64,000 nt of DNA from an uncultured Myxococcales bacterium (lineage in GTDB: Bacteria > Myxococcota > B64-G9). Below are positions 56,265 through 64,000 of the stretch, one piece after another. Position 1 is the first letter of the stretch, and every line of letters starts with the position of its first letter. Location: contig CAZLNM010000012.1 in NCBI GenBank assembly GCA_964561025.1, forward strand, positions 416 to 64,415. The letters run 5' to 3'. The position numbers and the translations under genes are program-made. The notes under the pieces are model-generated. The model had not been told where the DNA came from, did no database searches, and saw only the letters and a program-made list of their open reading frames with translations.

Positions 56265-57722
56265 TCACGCCTCGCGGGCGTGAGCGACGAAGGCCTCGAA
56301 GGCCTGGGTAAAGCATTCCCAGGGGGGGCTCACCAGCCCGGCCCCGACCTGGCCCACCCCCGGCTCGCGGTGGGCGATGCCGGTGTTGATGGTCGGCAGG
56401 CGGTCGAGCTCGATCACCTTGCGAAGGTCGATCAGGGTGGGAGCGCCACGGAAACCCAACGACGGGATGGCGAAGCCCGGGTTGGCGCCGAGCGTGATTC
56501 CGGCCATGCGGCGCGTGGTGTTCAGGGCGTCCTCGGGGGTTCCCCCCACGAACTGCACGATGGCCGGGGCCGCGGCCATGGCGAAGCCGCCGAAGCCGGC
56601 CGTCTCGGTGATGGCGCTGTCGCCGATGTCGGGATTGGCATCCTTCTCGGAAAACCCGGGGAAGTACAGCCCGCGCACCATCTGCGCCGGGCCCACGAAC
56701 CAGCGTCCCGGCAGGGCCGAAAGCTGGATGCCGAAGTCGGTGCCGTTGCGGGCCATGACCGAGACGGCCGAGCAGAGCGGTAGGCCTTCGGTGGCCATGA
56801 GCAGCAGCTTGGCCATGGGCATGGTCAGGTTGAGGAAGAAGTGATCGTTGCGGTGGATGAACTCCATCACCCGGGCGGCGGTCTCGCCGTCCCTGGCGGT
56901 GCGTGCCAGGGCGGGGGCCAGCTCGCGGAACAGGAGCGAGGTGCCGGCCCGGTTGCGGTTGTGGCCCTCGTCTCCCATCTGCAGCGCCTGGGCGAACAGC
57001 GCCTTCAGATCGATCGGACCGCGCGCCGCGAGAGCGGCCTGCAGGGCGGGCGCCAGCGTCCCGGCCATGAAACGGAGCCGCTCGAGCACCTCGGGCGCGA
57101 AGGCCCCGTAGCGCAGCACCTTGCCCAGGCCCTCGTTCAGGGTGCAGAAGGCGCGGCGCGGCCGCCCGTCCGCTCCGCTCGGGCCGCGATCCTCGAGGAT
57201 CCACACCGGCATGGACGGCGTCACCAGCCCCGCCATGGGGCCCACTGCCTGGTGGGCGTGGCAAGGCTCGAAGCGCACGGCGCCGGCGGCGGCCAGGCGG
57301 GCGGCGTCCTCGGGATCCTTCGCCCGGCCTTCCAAGATCAGTCCACCCATCACCGCGCCGCGCAGCGGGCCGGACATGCGCTCCCAGGAGATGGGCGGGC
57401 CGGCGTGCAGGAACAGATCCTCGCTCATGCCGGGCACCACCTCGCGGGCCAGGCCGATGCCGATCAGGTGGGGTTGCGCCATGAGGAGGTTCTTCAGGGC
57501 CTGCCGGTTGGCCTCCTCGATGCGCGCGGCCAGGGCCGGGCGCATAAGCTCCTCGAGCAGCGCCATCCGGCGGGGATCTCCGCCGCAGGGAGGCACGAAG
57601 TCCACCTCCACCACCGGCACCCCGGCGCTGCGGGCGCCCTGGGCCACCTCGGCCAGGCCCAGGTGCAGGACCGTCCTGGGGACACTCAACGGGTTGCGAG
57701 TTTCGGGCGGCGAGTTTTTCAT
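56265..57722 (-). CDS. DUF1116 protein (YlbE/AllG-like)
   Basis: The size, its position directly after fdrA (4-nt overlap) and its overall sequence character match the YlbE family. I called it mainly from synteny and recalled family features. Confidence 0.55.
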   Translation of the reverse strand: MKNSPPETRNPLSVPRTVLHLGLAEVAQGARSAGVPVVEVDFVPPCGGDPRRMALLEELMRPALAARIEEANRQALKNLLMAQPHLIGIGLAREVVPGMSEDLFLHAGPPISWERMSGPLRGAVMGGLILEGRAKDPEDAARLAAAGAVRFEPCHAHQAVGPMAGLVTPSMPVWILEDRGPSGADGRPRRAFCTLNEGLGKVLRYGAFAPEVLERLRFMAGTLAPALQAALAARGPIDLKALFAQALQMGDEGHNRNRAGTSLLFRELAPALARTARDGETAARVMEFIHRNDHFFLNLTMPMAKLLLMATEGLPLCSAVSVMARNGTDFGIQLSALPGRWFVGPAQMVRGLYFPGFSEKDANPDIGDSAITETAGFGGFAMAAAPAIVQFVGGTPEDALNTTRRMAGITLGANPGFAIPSLGFRGAPTLIDLRKVIELDRLPTINTGIAHREPGVGQVGAGLVSPPWECFTQAFEAFVAHAREA

Positions 57723-59254
57723 GCGTCTTTACCTCTGGCGCCGAGCAACACATCCGCGGCCCCCATGGCGGCGCGCCAGGCGGACGGGAAGCACCGCGCT
57801 CCCGCCCGCTCGAGCACGTCGCGCTGGCGCTGGGCGTCCTGGGGATCCAGCTCGGTGCCGGTGACCGCGGCGAGCACCCGCAAGGGCCGCCGGCCGCGCG
57901 CTGAGCGCGCCGCCTCCAGGGCCTGTGCCAACTCGGGCGCGGGATCGAGATGGGCGCCGTCGCCCAACACCAGATCGAGCAGCAGCACGCCCACGGCGGG
58001 ATCGGCCCCCAGCCGGCGGATCAGCTCGCAGCGCACGGTCTGGTCCACCATGGGGTGGGGCTTGCCGCGGGTGTAGAACTCCTCGCCGCAATCCACCACC
58101 AGGTGCGCCGCGCCGGGAAGCGGCTGGCCGGGGAGCAGCGGCTCGCCCGGTTCCTCGACCGGAAGGCCTCGGCTGCGGAGCGTGAGCGCGGCCTCGGAGG
58201 CAAGGGAACCTCCTCCGAACAGGCCCACCAGGCGCCCGGGCGCGCTCGCCTCCGGTTCGCTTTCGGTGGCGAGACCGGACGAGGCGACGTCCTCGAGCCG
58301 GTCGCGGGGCGCGCCAGAAAGCCGGGCGGCCAGGCAGGCCGCCTCCTCGAGCGAATCGGCGTACTTCACCTCGGCCGAGGAGGGCCGGGCGGGCTGCCCC
58401 AGGAAGCGGACCACCACGGTCTTGCCGAGCCCCGTAAGGAGCCGGTGCAATCGCGCCGCCACCTCCTGCGCGGGGTGTTTGGCGATGAGCCCGATCACCC
58501 GGGTGTCGGGATCGGCGGCCAGCAGGCGCAGGCCGGCCTCGGTCATCATGGCGCCGACCTCCGCGGACAGATCGCGGCTGCCCGTGCCGATGGCGTGGGA
58601 GATGCCCGAGCCGAGCTGGTGCAACAGACTGGACACCTCTTGCAGGCCGGTGCCCGAGGCGCCGACCAGGCCGACCGGGCCGCGGCGCACCCGGTTGGCG
58701 AAGCCGAGACCCACGCCGCCCAGGATGGCCGTGCCGCAGTCCGGGCCCATGAGCAGAAGCTCGCGCGCGCGCGCCTCGCGCTTGAGCGCGATCTCCTGCT
58801 CGAGCGGCACGTTGTTGGAGAACAGGAACACGTGCCGTCCCGCCTCGATGGCCTGGCGGGCCACATAACCGGCGTACTCGCCCGGCACCGCCACGCTGAC
58901 CAGATCCGCCTGGGGATGCTCCCGCAGCGCCTCGCGCAGACTGGCGGGGCGGGCGGCGGCGCCGGACGAGGCCGGGCGATCGGCCTGGGACAGCAGCCGC
59001 TCGCACTCGGCCCCGGCGCGCTCGAGCGCCGCCAGATCTTTTCCGCGCAGCGCGACCACCAGATCCACGGGCCGGGCCGCATCCAGCTCGGCCGAGCGAA
59101 AGCCCACGCCGGCCAGCAGGGCCCGGTTCATCTCGGTCGCCATGACCACCACGGCTTCCGAGATGCCTTCGCCCTGGGCGAGGCGCCGGGACAGCCGCAT
59201 GAGAAAAGCCGAGTCACGGTACTGGGCGCGGTGGATCAAAATGCGTTCAGGCAT
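57719..59254 (-). CDS. fdrA: FdrA-family protein (succinyl-CoA-synthetase-alpha-like; AllF-like)
   Basis: N-terminus (IHRAQYRDSAFLMRLS...) and the CoA-ligase-type core LMGPDCGTAILGGVGLGFANRVRRGPVGLVGASGTGLQEV. Confidence 0.75.
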   Translation of the reverse strand: MPERILIHRAQYRDSAFLMRLSRRLAQGEGISEAVVVMATEMNRALLAGVGFRSAELDAARPVDLVVALRGKDLAALERAGAECERLLSQADRPASSGAAARPASLREALREHPQADLVSVAVPGEYAGYVARQAIEAGRHVFLFSNNVPLEQEIALKREARARELLLMGPDCGTAILGGVGLGFANRVRRGPVGLVGASGTGLQEVSSLLHQLGSGISHAIGTGSRDLSAEVGAMMTEAGLRLLAADPDTRVIGLIAKHPAQEVAARLHRLLTGLGKTVVVRFLGQPARPSSAEVKYADSLEEAACLAARLSGAPRDRLEDVASSGLATESEPEASAPGRLVGLFGGGSLASEAALTLRSRGLPVEEPGEPLLPGQPLPGAAHLVVDCGEEFYTRGKPHPMVDQTVRCELIRRLGADPAVGVLLLDLVLGDGAHLDPAPELAQALEAARSARGRRPLRVLAAVTGTELDPQDAQRQRDVLERAGARCFPSAWRAAMGAADVLLGARGKDA

Positions 59255-60146
59255 ACGGAGCCTCCGTCTGTGCCAGAAAACCCGCCAGCATGTCGGCGCC
59301 GCTGGAGGCGCCGACTCCCATCAAGGCCTCGAGCGTCGAGCGCCCGAGATTCGGCCAGGCGGTGGCCAGGGTCGAGAGCGGCAACACGAAGAATCCCGCG
59401 GCCGCCTCGCGCAACATGGCCCGGCCGGCCGCGGTGGTCGCGTCGGGGGAAAAATCCGATAGCGCCTCACCCAGGCGCCGGGCACCGGGCAGGCCCAGCG
59501 TGCGGGCCGCCGCCGCGGCGCCCGCCAGAATGTCGTCTCCGCTGGGTGTCGAGCCGCTGCCGAGGCCCAAGAGCCCGTGGACGGCTTCCTCCAGCCGGGC
59601 CTCGTGGCCGGGCGCGAGGCCACGCAGGCCGGTGGTGAGCTCTTCGAGCATGGCGCGCAACCGGTCGAGCTCGACCTCTCCGAAGGTCGGTAGGCTCTCG
59701 GGGCCTGGCCGAAGCCGCGACATTGGCGCGACGCCGAGGATCGCCCGCGTGCGCGCGGGCAGCGCGTCCATCGCCAGCGTGGGGCAAGCCGGGGACGGCC
59801 GCGAACGGTGCGCGGCCGGCCGCTGGTCCTGCATGGGTACGAATAGGTCCTGGCCCGGGCCATCGAGGAGCCAGCGCTCCCGGCTCCCGTCGAGGTGGAA
59901 AAGCTCGAGACAGGCCCCGTCGATACGAACGGCACTGCCGGGATCCGGGAGGCGCGCGCACTCGGGGAGCCGCAGCCCGCGGGGGACCAGCGCCCGGTCG
60001 TGCGAGAGCAGCACCAGTTCCTCGCCATCTTCACAAGCGACCAGCGCGCTGTGGGTGCTCCGGCTCACCACCCGGCCCGAAAAAGCCGCACGCCGTGAGC
60101 GAAAGCGCCCGTCGAAGGTCCGGCAGCAGGGGTGAGAATGCCTCAA
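59247..60146 (-). CDS. DUF2877 protein (YlbF/AllH-like)
   Basis: The GLGSGSTPSGDDILAGAAAAA motif is characteristic of DUF2877 as I recall it. 8-nt overlap with fdrA. Confidence 0.55.
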   Translation of the reverse strand: MRHSHPCCRTFDGRFRSRRAAFSGRVVSRSTHSALVACEDGEELVLLSHDRALVPRGLRLPECARLPDPGSAVRIDGACLELFHLDGSRERWLLDGPGQDLFVPMQDQRPAAHRSRPSPACPTLAMDALPARTRAILGVAPMSRLRPGPESLPTFGEVELDRLRAMLEELTTGLRGLAPGHEARLEEAVHGLLGLGSGSTPSGDDILAGAAAAARTLGLPGARRLGEALSDFSPDATTAAGRAMLREAAAGFFVLPLSTLATAWPNLGRSTLEALMGVGASSGADMLAGFLAQTEAPYA

Positions 60147-60149
60147 GGC

Positions 60150-62480
60150 CTACCCCTTGGCGCGTTTCTCTCGGAGGGCCGCGCGGACCTTCTCGGCGGT
60201 CAGCGGCATCTCCTGGATGCGAATGCCGCACGCCGCGTACAGCGCGTTGGCCAGCGCGGCCGGAGTGGGGATCATGGTGTGCTCGCCGATGCCGCGGGCG
60301 CCCAGGGGGCCGTCCTGCTGCGGCGTCTCGACGAAGCTCGCCTCCATCGCCGCCGGGACGTCCAGGGCGGTGGGGATCTTGTAGTCCACCAGGTTGGCGT
60401 TCTGGGCCTTGCCGGTCAGAAGGTCGAGCTTGAGTTCTTCCATCAGGCCGGTGCCCAGCCCCTGGATCACCCCGCCGTAGGTCTGGCCCAGGATCAGCCC
60501 CTGGTTGACCACCTGGCCCACGTCGTAGCAGGCCACCACGCGATCCACCTGGATGTGGCCGGTGTCCGGGTCCACGCTGATCTCCACGCCCTGGGCGCCG
60601 AAGGTCCACTTGGCCACCGGCTTTTCGCTCTGGCTGGTCTGGGGGTCGAGGAACAGCAGCCCCTCGGGGACATGGTGGGCGGCGGCCGCCACCGGCCCGC
60701 CGATGACGTGGCCGTCGGGGAACTGGTACCCCATCACCAGCCGCGTGATGGGCACGCGCCCCTCGCCGCCGGTGTCCACCACCTGTCCATCCTTGAGCGT
60801 AAGCCGGGCGACCGGCACGCCCAGCACCTGAGAAGCCGTCTCGAAGAGCTGGGCCTTGCACTTCTCGGCCGCCTTGAGGATGGCGTTGCCGGTGGCCCAG
60901 GTCTGGCGCGAGGCCACCGTCTGCCAGTCGTAGGGCGACAGGTCCGTGTCGGGCAGGTTGCGCACCCGGACCTGCTCGACGGGGAGGTTCAAGGCCTCGG
61001 CCGCGAACTGGGCCGCCACCGTCCGCAGGCCCTGCCCGTAGTCGATGCCCGAGACCAGGACCTCCAGCACCCCGTCCTCGCAGAACTTGAGGAGCACCGA
61101 GCTGGCCGCGTCGTTCGGCATGGCGGGGGCCTTGACCGCACAGGCCAGGCCGCGGCCACGCAACCGGCCCGGGCGCGGCGCGAGCGGCTCGGAGAAGGCC
61201 TGGGCCACCTGCTGGATGCACTGGTCCACCCGGCCGGAGTGTTCGTCGAGGAGCTGGCCGGTCACGGTGCGCTTGCCGGGGCCCAGGCAGTTCTTCAGGC
61301 GGAAGGAGATGGGGTCCTCACCGATCTCGTGGGCCACCATGTCCATCTGCTGTTCCAGCGCCCAGTGGATCTCCTGCATGCCGAAGCCGCGGTAGGCCGA
61401 GCCCACCGGCCGGTTGGTGTACACCCCGATGGAGTCGCCCCACACGTTGGGGAACTCGTAGGCCCCGCCGCAGGTGTATCCCGCCGCGCGCACCACGTTC
61501 ACGCCGTAACCGCCGTAGGCCCCGCAGTCCCACAGGTAGTGCATGCGCTGGGCTACCACCTTGCCCTGTCGGTCCACCCCGGTGGTGAGCGTCGCTACCA
61601 GCCCCTGGCGCACCACTGCGGCGTAGAACTCCTCCGCCCGGGTGAGCACCAGCCGCACCCAGCGCCCCGGGACGCGCATGGCCAGCGCGGTCACGATCGG
61701 CTCCAGGTTGATGCCCGCCTTGCCGCCGAAGCCGCCGCCGACCTGGGGCACCATCACCCGCACGTCGCCGTGGCTCAGGCCGAAGCAGGCGCACAGCAGG
61801 TGGCGCACGGTAAACGGGCTCTGGGCCGAGGTGAGCACCTCCAGCTTGCCCGAGAGATCCATGCGCGCGGCGCTGCCGTGGACCTCCATGGGGACGTGCT
61901 GCACCTGCGGCACGATGAAGGTGTTCTCCACCACGCGGGCCGCCGTCTTCAGGGCCGCGTGGTAGTCGCCCTTGCGGACCTTGAGGTGGTTGCAGATGTT
62001 GGTGCCGGCCTGCGGCGTGATCCACGGCACGACCTGGTACTTTCCCAGGTCCGGGTGGACCAACGGGGCGTCGGGCTGGATGCCCTGGCGCACGTCGAAC
62101 AGGGCCGGCAACGGCTCGTACTCCACCCGCACCAGCTCGGCGGCTTCCCGGGCCGCCTCCGGGCTCTCGGCCGCCACCGCCGCCACCGGATCGCCCACGA
62201 AGCGGACCCGGTCGGTGGCGAAGACGGTCTGGTCCTTGAGGTAGATGCCCACGTGGAAGGGGAAGTCGCGGCCCGAGGCCACCGCCCGCACCCCGGCCAC
62301 GTTCAGGGCGCGGGAGAGGTCCACCTCGCGCACGCGGGCGTGGGGATGGGGCGAGCGCACCACCTGGGCGTACAGCATGCGCGGCAGTTTCACGTCGGCG
62401 AGGTAGCGGGCGGCGCCGGTGACCTTCTCCAGCCCGTCCACCCGCAAGACGTCCTGACCCACCCAACGTCCCTGGCTCAT
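60150..62480 (-). CDS. molybdopterin-binding large subunit of a xanthine dehydrogenase/aldehyde oxidase-family hydroxylase
   Basis: WVGQDVLRVDGLEKVTGAARYLADVKLPRMLYAQVVRSPHPHARV a/b-hammerhead N-terminus, GGGFGGK and GIGEHTMIPTPAALANAL near the C-terminus. Start is ATG 62480, with a 4-nt overlap on the 2Fe-2S gene. Confidence 0.85.
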   Translation of the reverse strand: MSQGRWVGQDVLRVDGLEKVTGAARYLADVKLPRMLYAQVVRSPHPHARVREVDLSRALNVAGVRAVASGRDFPFHVGIYLKDQTVFATDRVRFVGDPVAAVAAESPEAAREAAELVRVEYEPLPALFDVRQGIQPDAPLVHPDLGKYQVVPWITPQAGTNICNHLKVRKGDYHAALKTAARVVENTFIVPQVQHVPMEVHGSAARMDLSGKLEVLTSAQSPFTVRHLLCACFGLSHGDVRVMVPQVGGGFGGKAGINLEPIVTALAMRVPGRWVRLVLTRAEEFYAAVVRQGLVATLTTGVDRQGKVVAQRMHYLWDCGAYGGYGVNVVRAAGYTCGGAYEFPNVWGDSIGVYTNRPVGSAYRGFGMQEIHWALEQQMDMVAHEIGEDPISFRLKNCLGPGKRTVTGQLLDEHSGRVDQCIQQVAQAFSEPLAPRPGRLRGRGLACAVKAPAMPNDAASSVLLKFCEDGVLEVLVSGIDYGQGLRTVAAQFAAEALNLPVEQVRVRNLPDTDLSPYDWQTVASRQTWATGNAILKAAEKCKAQLFETASQVLGVPVARLTLKDGQVVDTGGEGRVPITRLVMGYQFPDGHVIGGPVAAAAHHVPEGLLFLDPQTSQSEKPVAKWTFGAQGVEISVDPDTGHIQVDRVVACYDVGQVVNQGLILGQTYGGVIQGLGTGLMEELKLDLLTGKAQNANLVDYKIPTALDVPAAMEASFVETPQQDGPLGARGIGEHTMIPTPAALANALYAACGIRIQEMPLTAEKVRAALREKRAKG

Positions 62481-62968
62481 GGCCGCCTCCCTTGGGCGCC
62501 GGCCCGCATCTCCTGGGCGGCCGCCTGGACGGCGTCCAGGATCTGGCGGTAACCGGTGCAGCGGCACAGGTTCCCCGAGAGCGCCGTGCGCACTTCTTCT
62601 TCCGTCGGGTCGGGATTCTCCAAGAGCAGCGACAGCGCCGTCATGATCATGCCCGGGGTGCAGAACCCGCACTGCACCGCCTGGTGGGCCAGGAAGGCCT
62701 TCTGCAACGGGTGCAAGGCGCCGGGGCGCCCCAGCCCCTCGATGGTGGTCACCTCGTGCCCGTCGGCCTCGGCCGCCAGCACCAGGCAGGCGTTGACGGC
62801 CTTGCCGTCGAGCAGCACCACGCAGGCGCCGCACTCGCCCTCGTTGCAACCCTCCTTGGCGCCCGTCAGATCGAGCCGCTCGCGCAGCATCGAAAGCAGA
62901 CTCTCGTCGGGCGCCACCTCGAGCGACTCCGCTTGACCGTTCACCTTGAGCCGGATGGGGATCGCCAT
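62477..62968 (-). CDS. (2Fe-2S)-binding small subunit of the molybdenum hydroxylase
   Basis: [16 protein letters not shown] and [11 protein letters not shown]...[11 protein letters not shown] are the two canonical [2Fe-2S] Cys motifs. Confidence 0.9.
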   Translation of the reverse strand: MAIPIRLKVNGQAESLEVAPDESLLSMLRERLDLTGAKEGCNEGECGACVVLLDGKAVNACLVLAAEADGHEVTTIEGLGRPGALHPLQKAFLAHQAVQCGFCTPGMIMTALSLLLENPDPTEEEVRTALSGNLCRCTGYRQILDAVQAAAQEMRAGAQGRRP

Positions 62969-62982
62969 GGGTATTCCTCCGT

Positions 62983-63828
62983 TCAGGCCGCGCCCAGGGC
63001 CCGCACCGCGCGATGGAGCAGCACTCCGACCATCTCGCGCCGGTAGGCCGCCGTCCCGCGCACGTCGTCGATGGGCCGGGCCGCCGCCATGGCCGCCTCG
63101 GCGGCGGCGTTCGCCCCCGACGGCCCGTGCTGGTCGAGGAGACGTTCCGCCTCGGGCGCCCGGCGCGGGGTGGGGGCCACGCTGAGCAGCGCCACCCGGT
63201 GCCGGGGGCTGCGCTGCGGCAGCTCGGTCAGCAACACCGCCACCGTGGCGATGTCCACGCCCTGCCGGCGGCTGAGCCGGCCCAGCTCGGCGCGGCCTCC
63301 GGCCAAGGCCGCTGGGATCTCCACGGCCAGAGCCAGCTCGCCGCTCGCGAGCGAGGTCTGGCCGGGCCCGACGAAAAACTCGTGGATGGGGATCCGGCGC
63401 GGTCCGGCCGGTCCAACGCACAGCACCGTCGCGTCCAGGCACAAGAGCGCCGCGGCGGTGTCCGCGCAGGGCGAGGCGTTGCAGATGTTGCCCACCACGG
63501 TGGCCCGGTTGCGCAGCGGGTAGGAGCCCAGGGCCGAGGCGCACAGCGATAGCGCCGAAAAACGCTGGTGCACGGCAGGGTGCGCCGCCACCGCCGCCAC
63601 GCTCACGGCGGCGCCGATCCTGAGATCGCCCGAGGGAAGCTCCTCGATGCGCGAAAGCTCCGGGATGCCCTTGATGTCCACCAGCCGGCTCGGGACCTGG
63701 CCGCTTCCGCGCGCGCGGGGCAGCAGATCGGTGCCCCCGGCCATGTAGCGCGCCCCGGCGGACTCCCGCCACAGGCTCAAGGCCTCCTCCACGGAGCGGG
63801 CCTTTTGGTAGTCCAGTCTTCTCGACAT
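62983..63828 (-). CDS. FAD-binding (CoxM-like) medium subunit of the molybdenum hydroxylase
   Basis: DYQKARSVEEALSLWRESAGARYMAGGTDLLP is the FAD_binding_5 N-terminus. Start is ATG 63828 after an AGGAGG RBS. The upstream 57 codons of the tracked ORF lie in lower-GC, apparently non-coding DNA. Confidence 0.82.
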   Translation of the reverse strand: MSRRLDYQKARSVEEALSLWRESAGARYMAGGTDLLPRARGSGQVPSRLVDIKGIPELSRIEELPSGDLRIGAAVSVAAVAAHPAVHQRFSALSLCASALGSYPLRNRATVVGNICNASPCADTAAALLCLDATVLCVGPAGPRRIPIHEFFVGPGQTSLASGELALAVEIPAALAGGRAELGRLSRRQGVDIATVAVLLTELPQRSPRHRVALLSVAPTPRRAPEAERLLDQHGPSGANAAAEAAMAAARPIDDVRGTAAYRREMVGVLLHRAVRALGAA

Positions 63829-64000
63829 GGGTACGAACCTCCTGTGCGGATTGAAGCTACCAGAACGCCGTGGAGGATAAAAGAGGTCCGACAAGGAGTA
63901 GAAAACCCCACCCCGGAAGGTTGTTGGTGACTTTGGAAGTTGCTCGTTGACCACTTGATCTTCATCAAAGTCCGGCGATATCATTTCTTCAGTCATCATC

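Noticed and set aside
53972-62552. Long plus-strand ORFs opposite plsB and the hydroxylase/FdrA operon (53972..56311, 56841..58076, 57950..59638, 60132..62552)
   Set aside because: All are antisense to genes with strong family motifs. Their open frames are explained by stop-codon scarcity in GC-rich DNA.
63829-63999. 57-codon N-terminal extension of the FAD-subunit ORF
   Set aside because: The region is markedly lower in GC with no coding bias. The conserved FAD_binding_5 N-terminus begins at the Met at 63828, which has an AGGAGG RBS.

Overview
Very GC-rich bacterial chromosome segment. It is almost certainly Myxococcota: it carries a MYXO-CTERM sorting tail, MopE-like Cys repeats, many FHA/TPR proteins and D/G/A-rich secreted linkers. 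I call 48 protein-coding genes. I found no rRNA, tRNA, CRISPR array, transposase or integrase. The left third is housekeeping: pth, rpsF-rpsR-rplI, dnaB, thiD, an HtrA-type protease, ispH, yraN, ftsY and smc. The middle holds envelope and signalling genes: a rhomboid, a TonB-dependent receptor, murA, and an orphan FHIPEP/SctV-like export-gate gene with TPR and FHA partners behind a sigma-54-type promoter. Next comes a lower-GC insert with a DUF4143 AAA+ ATPase, then a three-gene secreted beta-helix/PHP operon and a secreted FGE-sulfatase-domain protein. Then a chemoreceptor gene overlaps the start of a 2,620-codon TolB-propeller/TPR/CHAT (caspase-fold) lipoprotein gene. The right end carries plsB and a seven-gene operon: a three-subunit molybdenum hydroxylase, FdrA/DUF1116/DUF2877, and a cyclase. 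The two best candidates for an undescribed system are the MCP-to-giant-CHAT unit (42.2-52.7 kb) and the orphan SctV-like/TPR-lipoprotein/tail-anchored double-FHA operon (28.7-32.0 kb). All family calls come from reading motifs in the supplied translations; no database search was run. Many very long ORFs in the track are antisense shadow frames typical of high-GC DNA and were rejected.
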